A stretch of 64,000 nt of DNA from Candidatus Kaiserbacteria bacterium (GCA_016186765.1 JACPLD010000001.1:133647-197646), one strand, 5' to 3'. Shown: positions 38,518 through 47,539, counted from the first letter of the stretch. Made by a program: numbers and translations. Notes: generated by a model not told the origin, from the letters alone.

Positions 38518-38895
38518 TGGGAGCATTGTAATCGTATGAAGCTGCTTTGCAAAGAAGGAGGCTACACGCGCTCTTCATCTCACGGTTGCTATAGTTGACT
38601 GGTTCGTGTTGAAACGTTGCATACAGCACGATGTGTTCATTGTTCTTCGTCATAGGTAGGGAGAGAGACCCCATGAGATGCAGCGAGACGATTCACCTGC
38701 CGGAAAGCTCCAGATACCCCATCTTCACAGCACAATCGGATATCCGCTTCGAACCGATCCCACGCGTAAACTACGACATGGGTCCCTGTTCGTGCGAGAG
38801 AGAACACATTGCCGCAATCGCCCGTCGGTGGAGAACTGGCACTAATAAAGAAGGCTCTGGAGGTGGCGGCATTCCGCTATGACATTCCCCTACGG

Positions 38896-38960
38896 GGAAA
38901 AGCCGGTCATGCCGGCTGACGTGGTCGCCGACAATTTCGACGGCCACTCTTTTTATTTTA
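38896..38960. terminator. convergent hairpin pair downstream of rseP (candidate bidirectional terminator)
   Basis: Minus-strand agccgg-catga-ccggct followed by tttccc. Plus-strand gtggtcgccg-acaattt-cgacggccac (10-bp stem, 1 mismatch) followed by tctttttatttt. Confidence 0.4.
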
Positions 38961-38961
38961 A

Positions 38962-40050
38962 TTAAGAGATCAGGCGAACAATGTCGTTATAGGTCACCGT
39001 CACCATGAGAACGATAATGAGCGCAACACCCAGCGCGTTCAGCATTTGAAGTGCGAGCTTGGGCGCGGCGCGGCGCATAAGCGTTTCGACACCGAGAAGA
39101 ACCAAACGTCCGCCGTCGAGAGCGGGGATCGGAATGAGGTTGATGATGGCGAGGTTCACGGAGATGAAGGCCGCAAGCGCAAGGACATTCCCAGCTCCAT
39201 GTTCCGCGGCGTCTCCCACGACACCCACAAGCCCTATTGGTCCTACAATCTCTGAAAGCGCTGGCGCGCCGGTGGAAGCGCGCCGCACAATGTCCCATAA
39301 GCCTCTCAAGACAGTTGCGAATGCCCCTCTGGTCGTCGTGAACGCTTCAACCGCGGCATCACTCCACGAGAGCGGCTGCGAACTTACGAGAACAATGCCC
39401 ACGCCGAGCGCCGGAGTGCCTGCCGCCTCGGGCACAACCGCATGCGCGGGAATTATGTCTGTCGTTTGCGTCTTCCCTGCGTGCACGTACGTGAGGCTCA
39501 CCTTCTCTCCCCCATGCGCGCGCACAAAATCTGAAAACGCTTCAGGCGTGAGCACGGTAAGTACTGTGTCTTCGTCCTCAAGCCCGAGTATTTCGTCGCC
39601 AGGAGAGACGCCCGCGGCATCAGCGGGAGAGCCCGGAACCACATTGGCGATCATGAGTCGCACCACTTCGCCTTCAGGCGGCACGTCGACGACACGCGGG
39701 ACACCGACGTGCAGAGCTGCTACGAAGAGCCCCCACGCCGCAAGCGCGTTCATCACAACTCCCGCAATGAGAATGATTGCCTGCACGGCGCGATTGGCAT
39801 CGACAAGAGAGCCTGCGCCATGCTCCCCTTCTCCGACGTCGCCGTAGAGCCGCACAAAGCCGCCGAATGGAATCCAATTGAGCGTGTATTCGGTGCTCCC
39901 TAGCCTCCCGATCGTGAACGCCCTCGGCGGATAGCCGATGCCGAATTCCTCCACTTTCACCCGCACGATCTTTGCGGCAATAAAGTGCCCGAGCTCATGC
40001 ACGACGATGAGAAAAACGAGGATGCCGATGACAAGCAGGGCTGTTATCAT
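38962..40050 (-). CDS. rseP: RIP metalloprotease RseP (site-2 protease)
   Basis: 362 aa; HExxH (VVHELGHFIAAK), PDZ region, C-terminal LDGG motif (IPIPALDGGRL). Confidence 0.9.
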   Translation of the reverse strand: MITALLVIGILVFLIVVHELGHFIAAKIVRVKVEEFGIGYPPRAFTIGRLGSTEYTLNWIPFGGFVRLYGDVGEGEHGAGSLVDANRAVQAIILIAGVVMNALAAWGLFVAALHVGVPRVVDVPPEGEVVRLMIANVVPGSPADAAGVSPGDEILGLEDEDTVLTVLTPEAFSDFVRAHGGEKVSLTYVHAGKTQTTDIIPAHAVVPEAAGTPALGVGIVLVSSQPLSWSDAAVEAFTTTRGAFATVLRGLWDIVRRASTGAPALSEIVGPIGLVGVVGDAAEHGAGNVLALAAFISVNLAIINLIPIPALDGGRLVLLGVETLMRRAAPKLALQMLNALGVALIIVLMVTVTYNDIVRLIS

Positions 40051-40610
40051 GCACTCAATTCTTTTTCCTTTGCTTCAAATGTTCCCTCGAGCTCCTCGTT
40101 CACCTTGTCGACGCGTTTTTGCAGCTCGTCTTTGAGGTGGAACTTGTCATCTTCTGTAAGCTCGCTCGCGCGCACCTTCTCTTGAATGTTCTTCCACGCC
40201 TCGTCGCGAGCTAGACGCACCGCCGTACGCGCCTCCTCGAGTTTTGCTTTAGCGAGCTTCCCGAGCTCCCCTCGCCGCTCCGAGGTAAGCTCGGGAAAGC
40301 TGACGCGCACAATCGCGCCATCGGTCGTCGTGCCAACGCCGAGGCTTGATGCCGTTATTGCTCGCTCGATATCTTTGAGCACAGAGGAGTCGAACGGCTG
40401 CACGCGAAGCGTGCGCGCGTCTTCGACGCCGATCGAAGCCACCTGTTTCAAGGGCATCATGGAGCCGTAGGCAGAAACCATCACGCCATCGAGGATTGCC
40501 GGTGCAGCACGGCCTGTGCGAAGTCCTCGATATTCCTTCGCGAGCCAGTCCTTTGCAGCAGCAACCTTCGCATCAAATGGTTTGAAATCGTAATTGGCCA
40601 TTGCCGACAC
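40047..40610 (-). CDS. frr: ribosome recycling factor
   Basis: 187 aa; RRF signature ...RVSFPELTSERRGELGKLAKAKLEEARTAVRLARDEA... Confidence 0.95.
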   Translation of the reverse strand: MSAMANYDFKPFDAKVAAAKDWLAKEYRGLRTGRAAPAILDGVMVSAYGSMMPLKQVASIGVEDARTLRVQPFDSSVLKDIERAITASSLGVGTTTDGAIVRVSFPELTSERRGELGKLAKAKLEEARTAVRLARDEAWKNIQEKVRASELTEDDKFHLKDELQKRVDKVNEELEGTFEAKEKELSA

Positions 40611-40614
40611 AATA

Positions 40615-41262
40615 TCACACTCGGGGTACGAGAAGCGCCACCTGTTCGAGAAGCGGTTTTACGAGTGCGCCCCTGTCGGCAATATACTTTCGCGCACGAT
40701 AGAGTGTCCGGAGACCTTCGGGGTTCTTTGCCAAAGCCGACTCGAGCGATCCAAGAAATGAGAGAATCGCTCCGAGATCGCGCTTATCGTCCTCACCCTT
40801 TTCCAAGAGAGGCTTTAGCATGTCGAGTCGTTTTTGGGTCGGCGCCTTAAGGAAATCCGAGACGGCAATGGTGGGACTCGGCAGATCCATAGGAATTGCC
40901 CGCTCCATAAGGTGCACACGTGAGCGGAAGGTCGGCAAAAGCATCCCCGGATTTGGAAGGACGAAAAAGAAGAGTGCGTTTCCCGGCGGCTCTTCGAGAG
41001 TTTTGAGAAGGGCATTTTGCGCTTCGCGATTGATTCCGGGCGCTGCAATCAGAAACACGCGTCGCTCCCCGAAAGGCCGCAGCGTCGCTCTCTCACGCAA
41101 TTCCCTTGCCTCATCAATACCGAAATGCTTGTACGCTCTCACGTATACGTCGGGATTGCCTCGTGTCTCAATTCCGGCAGAACCCAAAAATTCGACGACA
41201 TCGGTGAGCGTTTCCTGTCCTCCCGAAACCACATGAGTATTCCCCACCAACTTCGACTTCAT
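40615..41262 (-). CDS. holB: DNA polymerase III subunit delta' (clamp-loader AAA+ protein)
   Basis: ORF track 40615..41304; start taken at MKSKLVG. Conserved box NALLKTLEEPP and sensor motif FRSR. Confidence 0.7.
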   Translation of the reverse strand: MKSKLVGNTHVVSGGQETLTDVVEFLGSAGIETRGNPDVYVRAYKHFGIDEARELRERATLRPFGERRVFLIAAPGINREAQNALLKTLEEPPGNALFFFVLPNPGMLLPTFRSRVHLMERAIPMDLPSPTIAVSDFLKAPTQKRLDMLKPLLEKGEDDKRDLGAILSFLGSLESALAKNPEGLRTLYRARKYIADRGALVKPLLEQVALLVPRV

Positions 41263-41315
41263 CGTCCAAGTATAGCAATGCAGGGGTATACTGCCGAGAA
41301 GCAAACGCGGCCGCT

Positions 41316-41825
41316 ATGAAAGACCCCTACCACATCTGGAAAACCGCGATCGGAATCACGCGCTGGATCGGCTCGCCCACCTCTGTCGTCATCCACTCGC
41401 TCATATTCGTCGCATTCTTCGTAGCATCTGCAGAGGAATGGCTCGCCTACGAGGAGATGCTCCTCGTCTTGACCACCATCGTCTCGCTCGAAGCGATCTA
41501 CCTTTCTATTTTCATTCAGATGACGATCAACTATACGACGCACGAACTCGAGGAGGTGAGCGAGGACATCGAGACCATGCAGGAGAACATCGGCGAGATC
41601 CAAGAAGACGTCGGCGAGCTGCAGGAAAACGTCGAGGAGATCAGCGAAGAGGTCGAGGAGATAACGGAGGAAGAAGAATCCGAAGAAGTCGCGGAAGAGC
41701 AACGCAAAGCCGAACAGAAAAAAACACTCGCAGATATCCAAACTGACCTGCGCAAGCTCATGCAGGACATCACAAAGTTTCAGCAATCAGCTCCAAAAGA
41801 ACCCCCTCCCCCGAGAAACGGATAG
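41316..41825 (+). CDS. hypothetical membrane protein with a C-terminal acidic coiled-coil
   Basis: 169 aa; two hydrophobic helices then an E-rich repeat (EEVSEDIETMQENIGEIQEDVGELQENVEEISEEVEEITEEEE...). Confidence 0.5.
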   Translation: MKDPYHIWKTAIGITRWIGSPTSVVIHSLIFVAFFVASAEEWLAYEEMLLVLTTIVSLEAIYLSIFIQMTINYTTHELEEVSEDIETMQENIGEIQEDVGELQENVEEISEEVEEITEEEESEEVAEEQRKAEQKKTLADIQTDLRKLMQDITKFQQSAPKEPPPPRNG

Positions 41826-41826
41826 C

Positions 41827-42843
41827 TCAGCGCTTGGCAATTATTGCCTTCTTATATGCGTCGAGGTGCTTGAGTGCCTCGCCCGTGCCCATTGCAACGC
41901 AAAACGGCGCGTCTTTGGCAAGCCGCGCACGCACGCCCGTGCGGCGGAAAACGAGCTCGGGAAAGTTGCGGAGAAGGCTCGTGCCACCCGTCATTACGAT
42001 GCCGTTGTCGATGATGTCTGCCGCAAGTTCGGGAGGCGTCTCCTGCAGCACATCCTTCATTGCGTTGATGATGGTGCGCAGCTCTTTGCCGATCGCACGC
42101 ACGACCTCATTGGTGCCGATCTCGATCGAGCGCGGCAGTCCTGTGAGGTGATCACGCCCCTTCGCCATCATCATCAACTCTTGCTCGATCGGTACGGCGG
42201 AGCCGATGCGTATTTTTACATCCTCCGCCATCTTGTCGCCTATCGAGAGGTTATATGTCTTCTTGGTGTAGTCGGCGATCGCGCGATCCAGAGCATTACC
42301 AGCGCACTTCACCGAGGTTGAAGCGACAATACCACCAAGAGAAATGACGGCAATGTCAGTCGTGCCCCCTCCGATATCAACGATCATGTGCCCACGCGCC
42401 TCGTGAATGGGAATCCCCGCACCGATTGCAGCAAGGATTGGCTCCTTTACGACATATGCTTCACGCGCACCCGCTTTCGTTGCCGCCTCTATGACCGCGC
42501 GACGCTCCGTCGATGTCACGCCGGCAGGGACGGAAACCATGACTTCAGGACGGAAGAGGTTCCACTTCCCCAGCGATTTGCGGATGTAGTAGCGGAGCAT
42601 CGCTTCGGTGACGCGGTAATCTGCTATCACGCCGTCTTTCATCGGCCGGTAGGCGACGATCTCGTCGGGTGTGCGGCCGACCATCTCTTTCGCCTCATTG
42701 CCTACCGCGAGGATTCTGTTGCCCGCAGTGGAGACTGCCACGACTGATGGCTCATTGAGAACGATCCCCTTACCCGGAACGAAGACCAAGACCGTCGTCG
42801 TGCCGAGGTCGATACCGAGTTTTGGAGATAGCGAGAATGCCAT
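41827..42843 (-). CDS. MreB/Mbl-family actin homolog (second paralog, separate from mreBCD)
   Basis: ORF track 41827..42984; start taken at MAFSLSPKLGIDLG (ATG at 42843). Motifs GIDLGTTTVLVFV, MIVDIGGGTTD. Confidence 0.85.
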   Translation of the reverse strand: MAFSLSPKLGIDLGTTTVLVFVPGKGIVLNEPSVVAVSTAGNRILAVGNEAKEMVGRTPDEIVAYRPMKDGVIADYRVTEAMLRYYIRKSLGKWNLFRPEVMVSVPAGVTSTERRAVIEAATKAGAREAYVVKEPILAAIGAGIPIHEARGHMIVDIGGGTTDIAVISLGGIVASTSVKCAGNALDRAIADYTKKTYNLSIGDKMAEDVKIRIGSAVPIEQELMMMAKGRDHLTGLPRSIEIGTNEVVRAIGKELRTIINAMKDVLQETPPELAADIIDNGIVMTGGTSLLRNFPELVFRRTGVRARLAKDAPFCVAMGTGEALKHLDAYKKAIIAKR

Positions 42844-42874
42844 AGAGAAAAGCATTGTATCCGTAAGAGGAGAT

Positions 42875-43060
42875 TTGACAAACTTCACACAACTTTTATA
42901 AAGGATGAAGCGTGGTCTGGAGCTCCTCTTCCAGACCAAGCCGCGGCGGGGAGCTGCTTCCCCCCAGTGGCTTACCCGCCGCACTTTACGTCCGCCGAAT
43001 CCTCACGAGGTTCAACCGGACGAAGGAGCCGTTGTCATACCCCAGCGGCTCCTTTTCTTT
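42875..43060 (+). ncRNA. candidate small RNA transcription unit (sigma70-like promoter ... GC-rich hairpins ... intrinsic terminator)
   Basis: TTGACA (42875..42880), 16-nt spacer, TATAAA (42897..42902). Hairpins ggtctgga/tccagacc and gggga/tcccc. Terminator ggagccg-13 nt loop-cggctcc + ttttctttct (43025..43060). No plus-strand ORF. Confidence 0.3.
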
Positions 43061-43061
43061 C

Positions 43062-43346
43062 TCAACGAGACTTGTTCTCGAGATCGGAGTGGTTTTCCGG
43101 CTTGATCAACCACCAGAATTTCTTTGAAAAATTCTGTGCGTCGTCGCAGACACGCTTGAGGTAGTAGAGATCCTTCGTCGGGACCTTTTCCAAGATCTTG
43201 CCCATTCGTGCCATCGTTATCGGCGGTAAGCCGTCGCGCACGCGGCTCTTGTTCAGCCGCTCGCAAAAGTACTTCATGAGCTCTCCCCGCTCCGTCGCGC
43301 GGCTCTTCGCGGCAGTGCGCTTCAAGTGAGTACCGATGTGCCGCAT
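43062..43346 (-). CDS. small hypothetical protein (possible start at internal MKYFCERL, 71 aa)
   Basis: 94-aa ORF with coding-like third-position bias (MKYFCERLNKSRVRDGLPPITMARMGKILEKVPTKDLYYLKRVCDDAQNFSKKFWWLIKPE...). The overlapping 43012..43518 ORF looks like noise. Confidence 0.4.
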   Translation of the reverse strand: MRHIGTHLKRTAAKSRATERGELMKYFCERLNKSRVRDGLPPITMARMGKILEKVPTKDLYYLKRVCDDAQNFSKKFWWLIKPENHSDLENKSR

Positions 43347-43380
43347 AGCAGTATTCTACACTTTTGGCTATAGTTCCCGA

Positions 43381-43953
43381 ATGCGAACAATTTTGCCTGC
43401 GAGCAAGAACTCCGCGCTGCGCAAGAAAGCGCAAGAGATACCGCCCTCGGAAATAACGGGCAAGCGCACGCAAAGGCTCATCAAAGAGATGAAAACATTG
43501 CTTGCAAAAGAAGAGCACGGCGTCGCGCTTGCCGCCCCGCAGGTCGGTGAGTCGCTACGGCTTTTCATCATCTCCGGTCGAGCGCTCCTTCGACAAGCTC
43601 AGGATAAATTGCCCGCGCATCCGAGTCGTGAATATTTGCAAAGTGAACAGTCTACCGACCTGTCCCGAGCGCAGTCGAGGGACCAGGTCTACATCAATCC
43701 CGAGCTGATCAAGATGTCGCGCGGGAGACGTGAAAAGCACGAGGGCTGTCTCTCTGTTCGCGGCAAGTGGGGCATGGTGCCGCGGGCCGAAAAGGCAACC
43801 ATTCGTGCCTACAACGAGCGAGGCTCACGCTTCACGCGCGGCGCATCCGGTTTTCTCGCGCACATCTTCCAGCACGAGATGGACCATCTCGAAGGCATCC
43901 TCTATACCGATAAAGCGATGCACCTCTATGACGAATCCGAAAAAGGAAAGTGA
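43381..43953 (+). CDS. def: peptide deformylase, carrying an in-frame repeat-element insertion
   Basis: ORF track 43336..43953; start taken at MRTILPA. PDF motifs GVALAAPQVG, EGCLSVRG, QHEMDHLEG. ~36 extra residues (GRALLRQAQDKLPAHPSREYLQSEQSTDLSRAQSRD) lie between motif 1 and the VYINPE segment. Confidence 0.85.
   Translation: MRTILPASKNSALRKKAQEIPPSEITGKRTQRLIKEMKTLLAKEEHGVALAAPQVGESLRLFIISGRALLRQAQDKLPAHPSREYLQSEQSTDLSRAQSRDQVYINPELIKMSRGRREKHEGCLSVRGKWGMVPRAEKATIRAYNERGSRFTRGASGFLAHIFQHEMDHLEGILYTDKAMHLYDESEKGK
43575..43690. repeat. pair of inverted copies of the GC-rich repeat element inside def (in-frame)
   Basis: ccttcgacaagctcaggataaa (43587..43608, + orientation) and tcccgagcgcagtcgaggga (43663..43682, - orientation), related to the guaA copies cccttcgactccgctcagggtaaac and ccccgagcaaagtcgagggg. 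Confidence 0.7.
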
Positions 43954-44809
43954 GATTCGATTTGCGTTTTTTGGGACCTCGCGGATCGCGGTTGGTATCC
44001 TGGACGAACTCGAGCGCGAGAATTTCATTCCCGCGCTCATCGTCGCGGCACCCGATGCGCGAAAGGGGCGCGGGATGAATCTCACTTCCCCACCGACCAA
44101 AGAATGGGCGAGCGCTCACGACGTTCCAACGCTCCAGCCCGATAAACTTGATTCAGACTTTCTTCGGAACATGAGAGTGTCGGTGTGGGACGTGTTCGTC
44201 GTCGTCGATTACGGTAGAATTCTTCCCAAGCTACTCCTCGATGTGCCGCGCCGCGGCTGCCTGAACGTCCACTTCTCACTTCTGCCGCGCTACCGCGGTG
44301 CCTCTCCGATCCGCTCCGCTATCCTGAACAATGATAAAAATATTGGAACTTCGATCATCCTCCTCGTGGAGAAACTCGACGAGGGACCGATCATCGCGCA
44401 AAAGGCGCTAGAGCTTCCGTCATGGCCAATGAAAGCCTCCGCGCTCGAAGATATATGTTTACGTGAGAGCGGACAGCTCCTCGCGCGCATTCTTCCGGCG
44501 TGGGTCGCGGGAGAAATCGATGCACGAGAGCAAAACCACGACCTCGCAACGTACTGCGAAAAGATAAAAAAAGAAGACGGATTGCTTGATCTTTCGAGAG
44601 ACCCATATCACAACCTCCTCAAGGTATACGCGTACGAAGGATGGCCCAGCACATACTCATTTTTCGAGCGAAGCCGAAAGAAAATCCGTGTTCAGATTCT
44701 CGACGCCCACATCGAGGATGGAACGTTCATCGTCGACCGCGTCAAACCCGAAGGAAAACGCGACATGAGCTACCAAGAATTCTCGCGCTCCGGCGCAAAA
44801 CCGATCTAA
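43928..44809 (+). CDS. fmt: methionyl-tRNA formyltransferase
   Basis: ORF track 43730..44809; start taken at MTNPKKESEIRFAFFGTS, overlapping the def end by 26 nt. Formyltransferase motifs (LNVHFSLLPRYRGASPI). Confidence 0.85.
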   Translation: MTNPKKESEIRFAFFGTSRIAVGILDELERENFIPALIVAAPDARKGRGMNLTSPPTKEWASAHDVPTLQPDKLDSDFLRNMRVSVWDVFVVVDYGRILPKLLLDVPRRGCLNVHFSLLPRYRGASPIRSAILNNDKNIGTSIILLVEKLDEGPIIAQKALELPSWPMKASALEDICLRESGQLLARILPAWVAGEIDAREQNHDLATYCEKIKKEDGLLDLSRDPYHNLLKVYAYEGWPSTYSFFERSRKKIRVQILDAHIEDGTFIVDRVKPEGKRDMSYQEFSRSGAKPI

Positions 44810-44834
44810 GCGAGGCATTTCTAGAAGAAGCCGC

Positions 44835-45368
44835 TTACTCCGATTTGTCTTCCCGTTGCATGTCCTCAAAAATCCAATGCAACCCCTTGCTATTCACTTT
44901 TATCGCTTCTGCGAGTAAGTCCTCTTCTCCAATAAACGAGGAATGTATGCGAGAATCCTTTTTCACGGCCTCCTCAACGTCATGCACTGCTCGGAAATAC
45001 GTATCATGTATCAACATGTCTGCTTCCTCCTGACTCTCCACCTCATCCATTCTCCGAGTGGCGTCTTGCAGGGCCCCTCCAAAGATTTCTTTGAATTTCT
45101 CTTCAGCCACGTCAGTAAATAGTTGCCATCTCTTTGTGCCCATCTCGAGACGAACAGCCCGTTGGGCTGCAAGTTCCTCAATATACTTTCCGGCCGCTTC
45201 TTTATCCTTCGAGTCCAACTTCCTGAAATAATCAAAGACCGTTTTGAAATCGAGCTTGGAGGCGAAACCCTGCCTTCGTTCGGCGTCCATTTCAGTTTCA
45301 GCAAATTCGCGGGCTGCGTCCCGTATTTTCCCAAAATCCCGTATTTTTCTCGGCTTTTCTTTCTCCAT
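44835..45368 (-). CDS. hypothetical cytoplasmic protein (charged, helical)
   Basis: 177-aa ORF with no recognisable motif. Confidence 0.45.
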   Translation of the reverse strand: MEKEKPRKIRDFGKIRDAAREFAETEMDAERRQGFASKLDFKTVFDYFRKLDSKDKEAAGKYIEELAAQRAVRLEMGTKRWQLFTDVAEEKFKEIFGGALQDATRRMDEVESQEEADMLIHDTYFRAVHDVEEAVKKDSRIHSSFIGEEDLLAEAIKVNSKGLHWIFEDMQREDKSE

Positions 45369-45372
45369 AATC

Positions 45373-45747
45373 CTACGTGTATCCCCCGAAGCGCAAAAGG
45401 CGTTTTGCTAAGGCACCACCTTTCCGATATAGCCGGATGTGGAGCTTGCGTTCGCGGCGAAGTTGGCGCTCGACCTCTTCTTTCACATCGTCGATCGCGC
45501 CGTTCACGCTCTCCGAATTGTTGCGCGCATAGACGCGATCTTGTCCCGGGACAATGACTTGTATCTCCGCAAACCAGATATTCTTGCCATGCCGTGGTCG
45601 CCCAGCGTCGCGCCCGAGTTCGACCTCGATCCGGGCCACATCCTCAACACCCGTAAGGAGCTTCGCGAGCGAATCGACACGCTGGTCGAGGTAGTCTCGC
45701 ACGTCAGGCGTCATCTGGAAGTCGGTTGTCTTTACGCGAACATCCAT
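45373..45747 (-). CDS. hpf: ribosome hibernation-promoting factor / RaiA family (short form)
   Basis: 124 aa MDVRVKTTDFQMTPDVRDYLDQRV...IEVELGRD..., the beta-alpha-beta-beta-beta-alpha S30AE/YfiA pattern. Confidence 0.8.
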   Translation of the reverse strand: MDVRVKTTDFQMTPDVRDYLDQRVDSLAKLLTGVEDVARIEVELGRDAGRPRHGKNIWFAEIQVIVPGQDRVYARNNSESVNGAIDDVKEEVERQLRRERKLHIRLYRKGGALAKRLLRFGGYT

Positions 45748-45754
45748 AAAAACG

Positions 45755-46366
45755 CTACAGTGCGACCCGCTTATACTTTCCTACAAACTCCTCCTGCTCA
45801 AGGACGTGTCCCTCCATTGCCCGCAATACGTCCACTTTGGAAGTGCCAGGGGGCAAATCGAGCATCATGTCGAGCGCATAGACTCTAAAGAAGTAGCGGT
45901 GCTCGCTCGGTTCGTATTCGCGCGGTGGGCAGGGGCCAGTGTACTCGTTTTTCCCCGCGCCGTTTACGCCGCGTGTGCCGACACTGCCTCCCTGCGGGAT
46001 CTCGGTCGTCTCGGGAGGAATATTGAAGAGTGTCCAGTGATCGAACGAGTCGATGCCGCGCTCTTGTTTAAAGACTTGCGGGATGTCGGGATCATCCATG
46101 AGGAGTGCGAGCGACATCGCCCCTTCCGGCACGCCCGAAATCGAAAGCGGCGGGCTTATATTCTCGGCATCGCAGGTGAATTGAGATGGAATGCTCGCAT
46201 TGTGCTGAAACGCGGAACTGGTAAGAGTAAGTGTCATAGCATCAGATGGTGAGCTCGTAATTCCTCCAGTATCTGCAGACTCCATGGAGCTACGATTAAA
46301 TGCGTACCACGCCCCGGCAATGACGATGAGAGTCGTAATGCCAATGAGCACGTAGGTGCTTCGCAT
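45755..46366 (-). CDS. YbhB/YbcL-family (PEBP-like) secreted protein
   Basis: 203 aa; signal/TM anchor then the PEBP signature region ...YTGPCPPREYEPSEHRYFFRVYALD... Confidence 0.8.
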   Translation of the reverse strand: MRSTYVLIGITTLIVIAGAWYAFNRSSMESADTGGITSSPSDAMTLTLTSSAFQHNASIPSQFTCDAENISPPLSISGVPEGAMSLALLMDDPDIPQVFKQERGIDSFDHWTLFNIPPETTEIPQGGSVGTRGVNGAGKNEYTGPCPPREYEPSEHRYFFRVYALDMMLDLPPGTSKVDVLRAMEGHVLEQEEFVGKYKRVAL

Positions 46367-46444
46367 GAAGCAAGTATATCATTCCTCCCGCCCGCGCTCG
46401 CGTCGCAAGAGTAATCTGATACTATACGCCGCGTCTTCGCGCCT

Positions 46445-47539
46445 ATGACAAAAAGAGCAATCATCGGAGTTTTCATCGGAGCCGTCGCGTTCTCAGGCTA
46501 CACGCTCTGGAGCGAGAACCGAACGATCCGCGCGGAAGGCGGCACACAAGCAGGATCGGTCTCGAATCAGGGCGGGAGTGCGGGCATGGCAGAGATCCCG
46601 AGCAAAAAAACGATCGAGGGTCTTCCGCACGCGTGGCAGACCTTCAACAACTGCTCATCGGTCGGACTTATGGTCGCACTTTCCCATTGGGGCATCGCAG
46701 ATACCCAAGAAGCGATCGCCGAAGCAACGCGCCCGTGGAACAACCCGAAGGGAAACAACGATGATAAATCGGTAACGCTCTACGAACTCGCGGACTACGC
46801 AAAAGAAAAGTACGGGCTCGCAGTTTATGTGCGGCCGCACGGCGACATCGAACTTCTCAAAGAATTTATTGCTAGCGACATCCCCGTCGTTGCGAGAACG
46901 CTTATGTATCCGGAGGACGACATTGTGCACTACAGAGTCGTAAAGGGTTACGACGACAGCACAAAAACGTTCGTTGAAAGCAACGGAATCGACGGACCCA
47001 ATCACACCTTCAGTTATGACAGGTGGCTCCACTTCTGGAAAGATTTCAACTATTCATACCTCATAGTCGTTCCTCCGGAAAAAAAGGCGCTCGTTGAGAG
47101 AATCCTTGGAGACGAACGCAACGAAAGAGTGGCGTGGCAGAACGCCAAAGCGAGAGCCGAAGGCGAGCTCGCAAATAATCCGAACGATTTGCGTGCGCAT
47201 TACAACCTCGTGACGGCTCTTTATTATCTTGGCGATTACGAGGGCTCTGCGCGCGAGTTTGAAAAGATCGAGGGCAAGCTTTCAAGGCGCAAATTGTGGT
47301 ACCAGCATGAACCCATTGATGCGTACTTCCGGCTCGGGAAGTATGATCGCGTCCTCTCACTCACCGATGGCGTCATCAACGACAACAACAAATCTGTTTC
47401 TGAACTCTACGTCTTGCGGGGAAAGGTTTTTGAGAGCCGCGGTGACACCGCGTCGGCACGAAGCGAGTACGAAAAAGCCCTGTACTACAAGGAACATTTG
47501 CAGTCTGCCAAAGATGCGCTCGCTTCACTTGGAAACTAG
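46445..47539 (+). CDS. C39-like peptidase (BtrH_N-like) domain protein with C-terminal TPR repeats
   Basis: 364 aa; N-terminal TM; WQTFNNCSSVGLMVALSHWG resembles the Q...C catalytic region of the papain-like C39 fold; C-terminal TPR-like helices (NLVTALYYLGDYEGSAREFEK..., ELYVLRGKVFESRGD...). Confidence 0.55.
   Translation: MTKRAIIGVFIGAVAFSGYTLWSENRTIRAEGGTQAGSVSNQGGSAGMAEIPSKKTIEGLPHAWQTFNNCSSVGLMVALSHWGIADTQEAIAEATRPWNNPKGNNDDKSVTLYELADYAKEKYGLAVYVRPHGDIELLKEFIASDIPVVARTLMYPEDDIVHYRVVKGYDDSTKTFVESNGIDGPNHTFSYDRWLHFWKDFNYSYLIVVPPEKKALVERILGDERNERVAWQNAKARAEGELANNPNDLRAHYNLVTALYYLGDYEGSAREFEKIEGKLSRRKLWYQHEPIDAYFRLGKYDRVLSLTDGVINDNNKSVSELYVLRGKVFESRGDTASARSEYEKALYYKEHLQSAKDALASLGN

Noticed and set aside
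38518-38961. T-box riboswitch leader for proS, or an SRP / RNase P / tmRNA gene
   Set aside because: No AGGGTGGNACCGCG T-box sequence. None of the SRP domain-IV, RNase P GGAAAGUCCGGGCUCC or tmRNA tag-reading-frame hallmarks could be found by eye. The region is kept only as an unexplained structured spacer.
40261-40295. Sequence cccctcgccgctccgaggtaagctcggg inside frr resembling the GC-rich repeat element
   Set aside because: It encodes the native, universally conserved RRF segment FPELTSERRGELGK with no extra residues. Similarity is partial and attributable to GC-rich codon choice.
42917-43060. SRP (4.5S) RNA identity for the candidate sRNA
   Set aside because: It lacks the conserved helix-8 motifs (GGAAG ... 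AGCAGCC with a GNRA tetraloop); it is left as an unclassified candidate.
43012-43518. 168-aa minus-strand ORF overlapping the def start
   Set aside because: Arg-rich, noise-like translation that overlaps def. The shorter in-phase ORF 43062..43346 has much better coding statistics.
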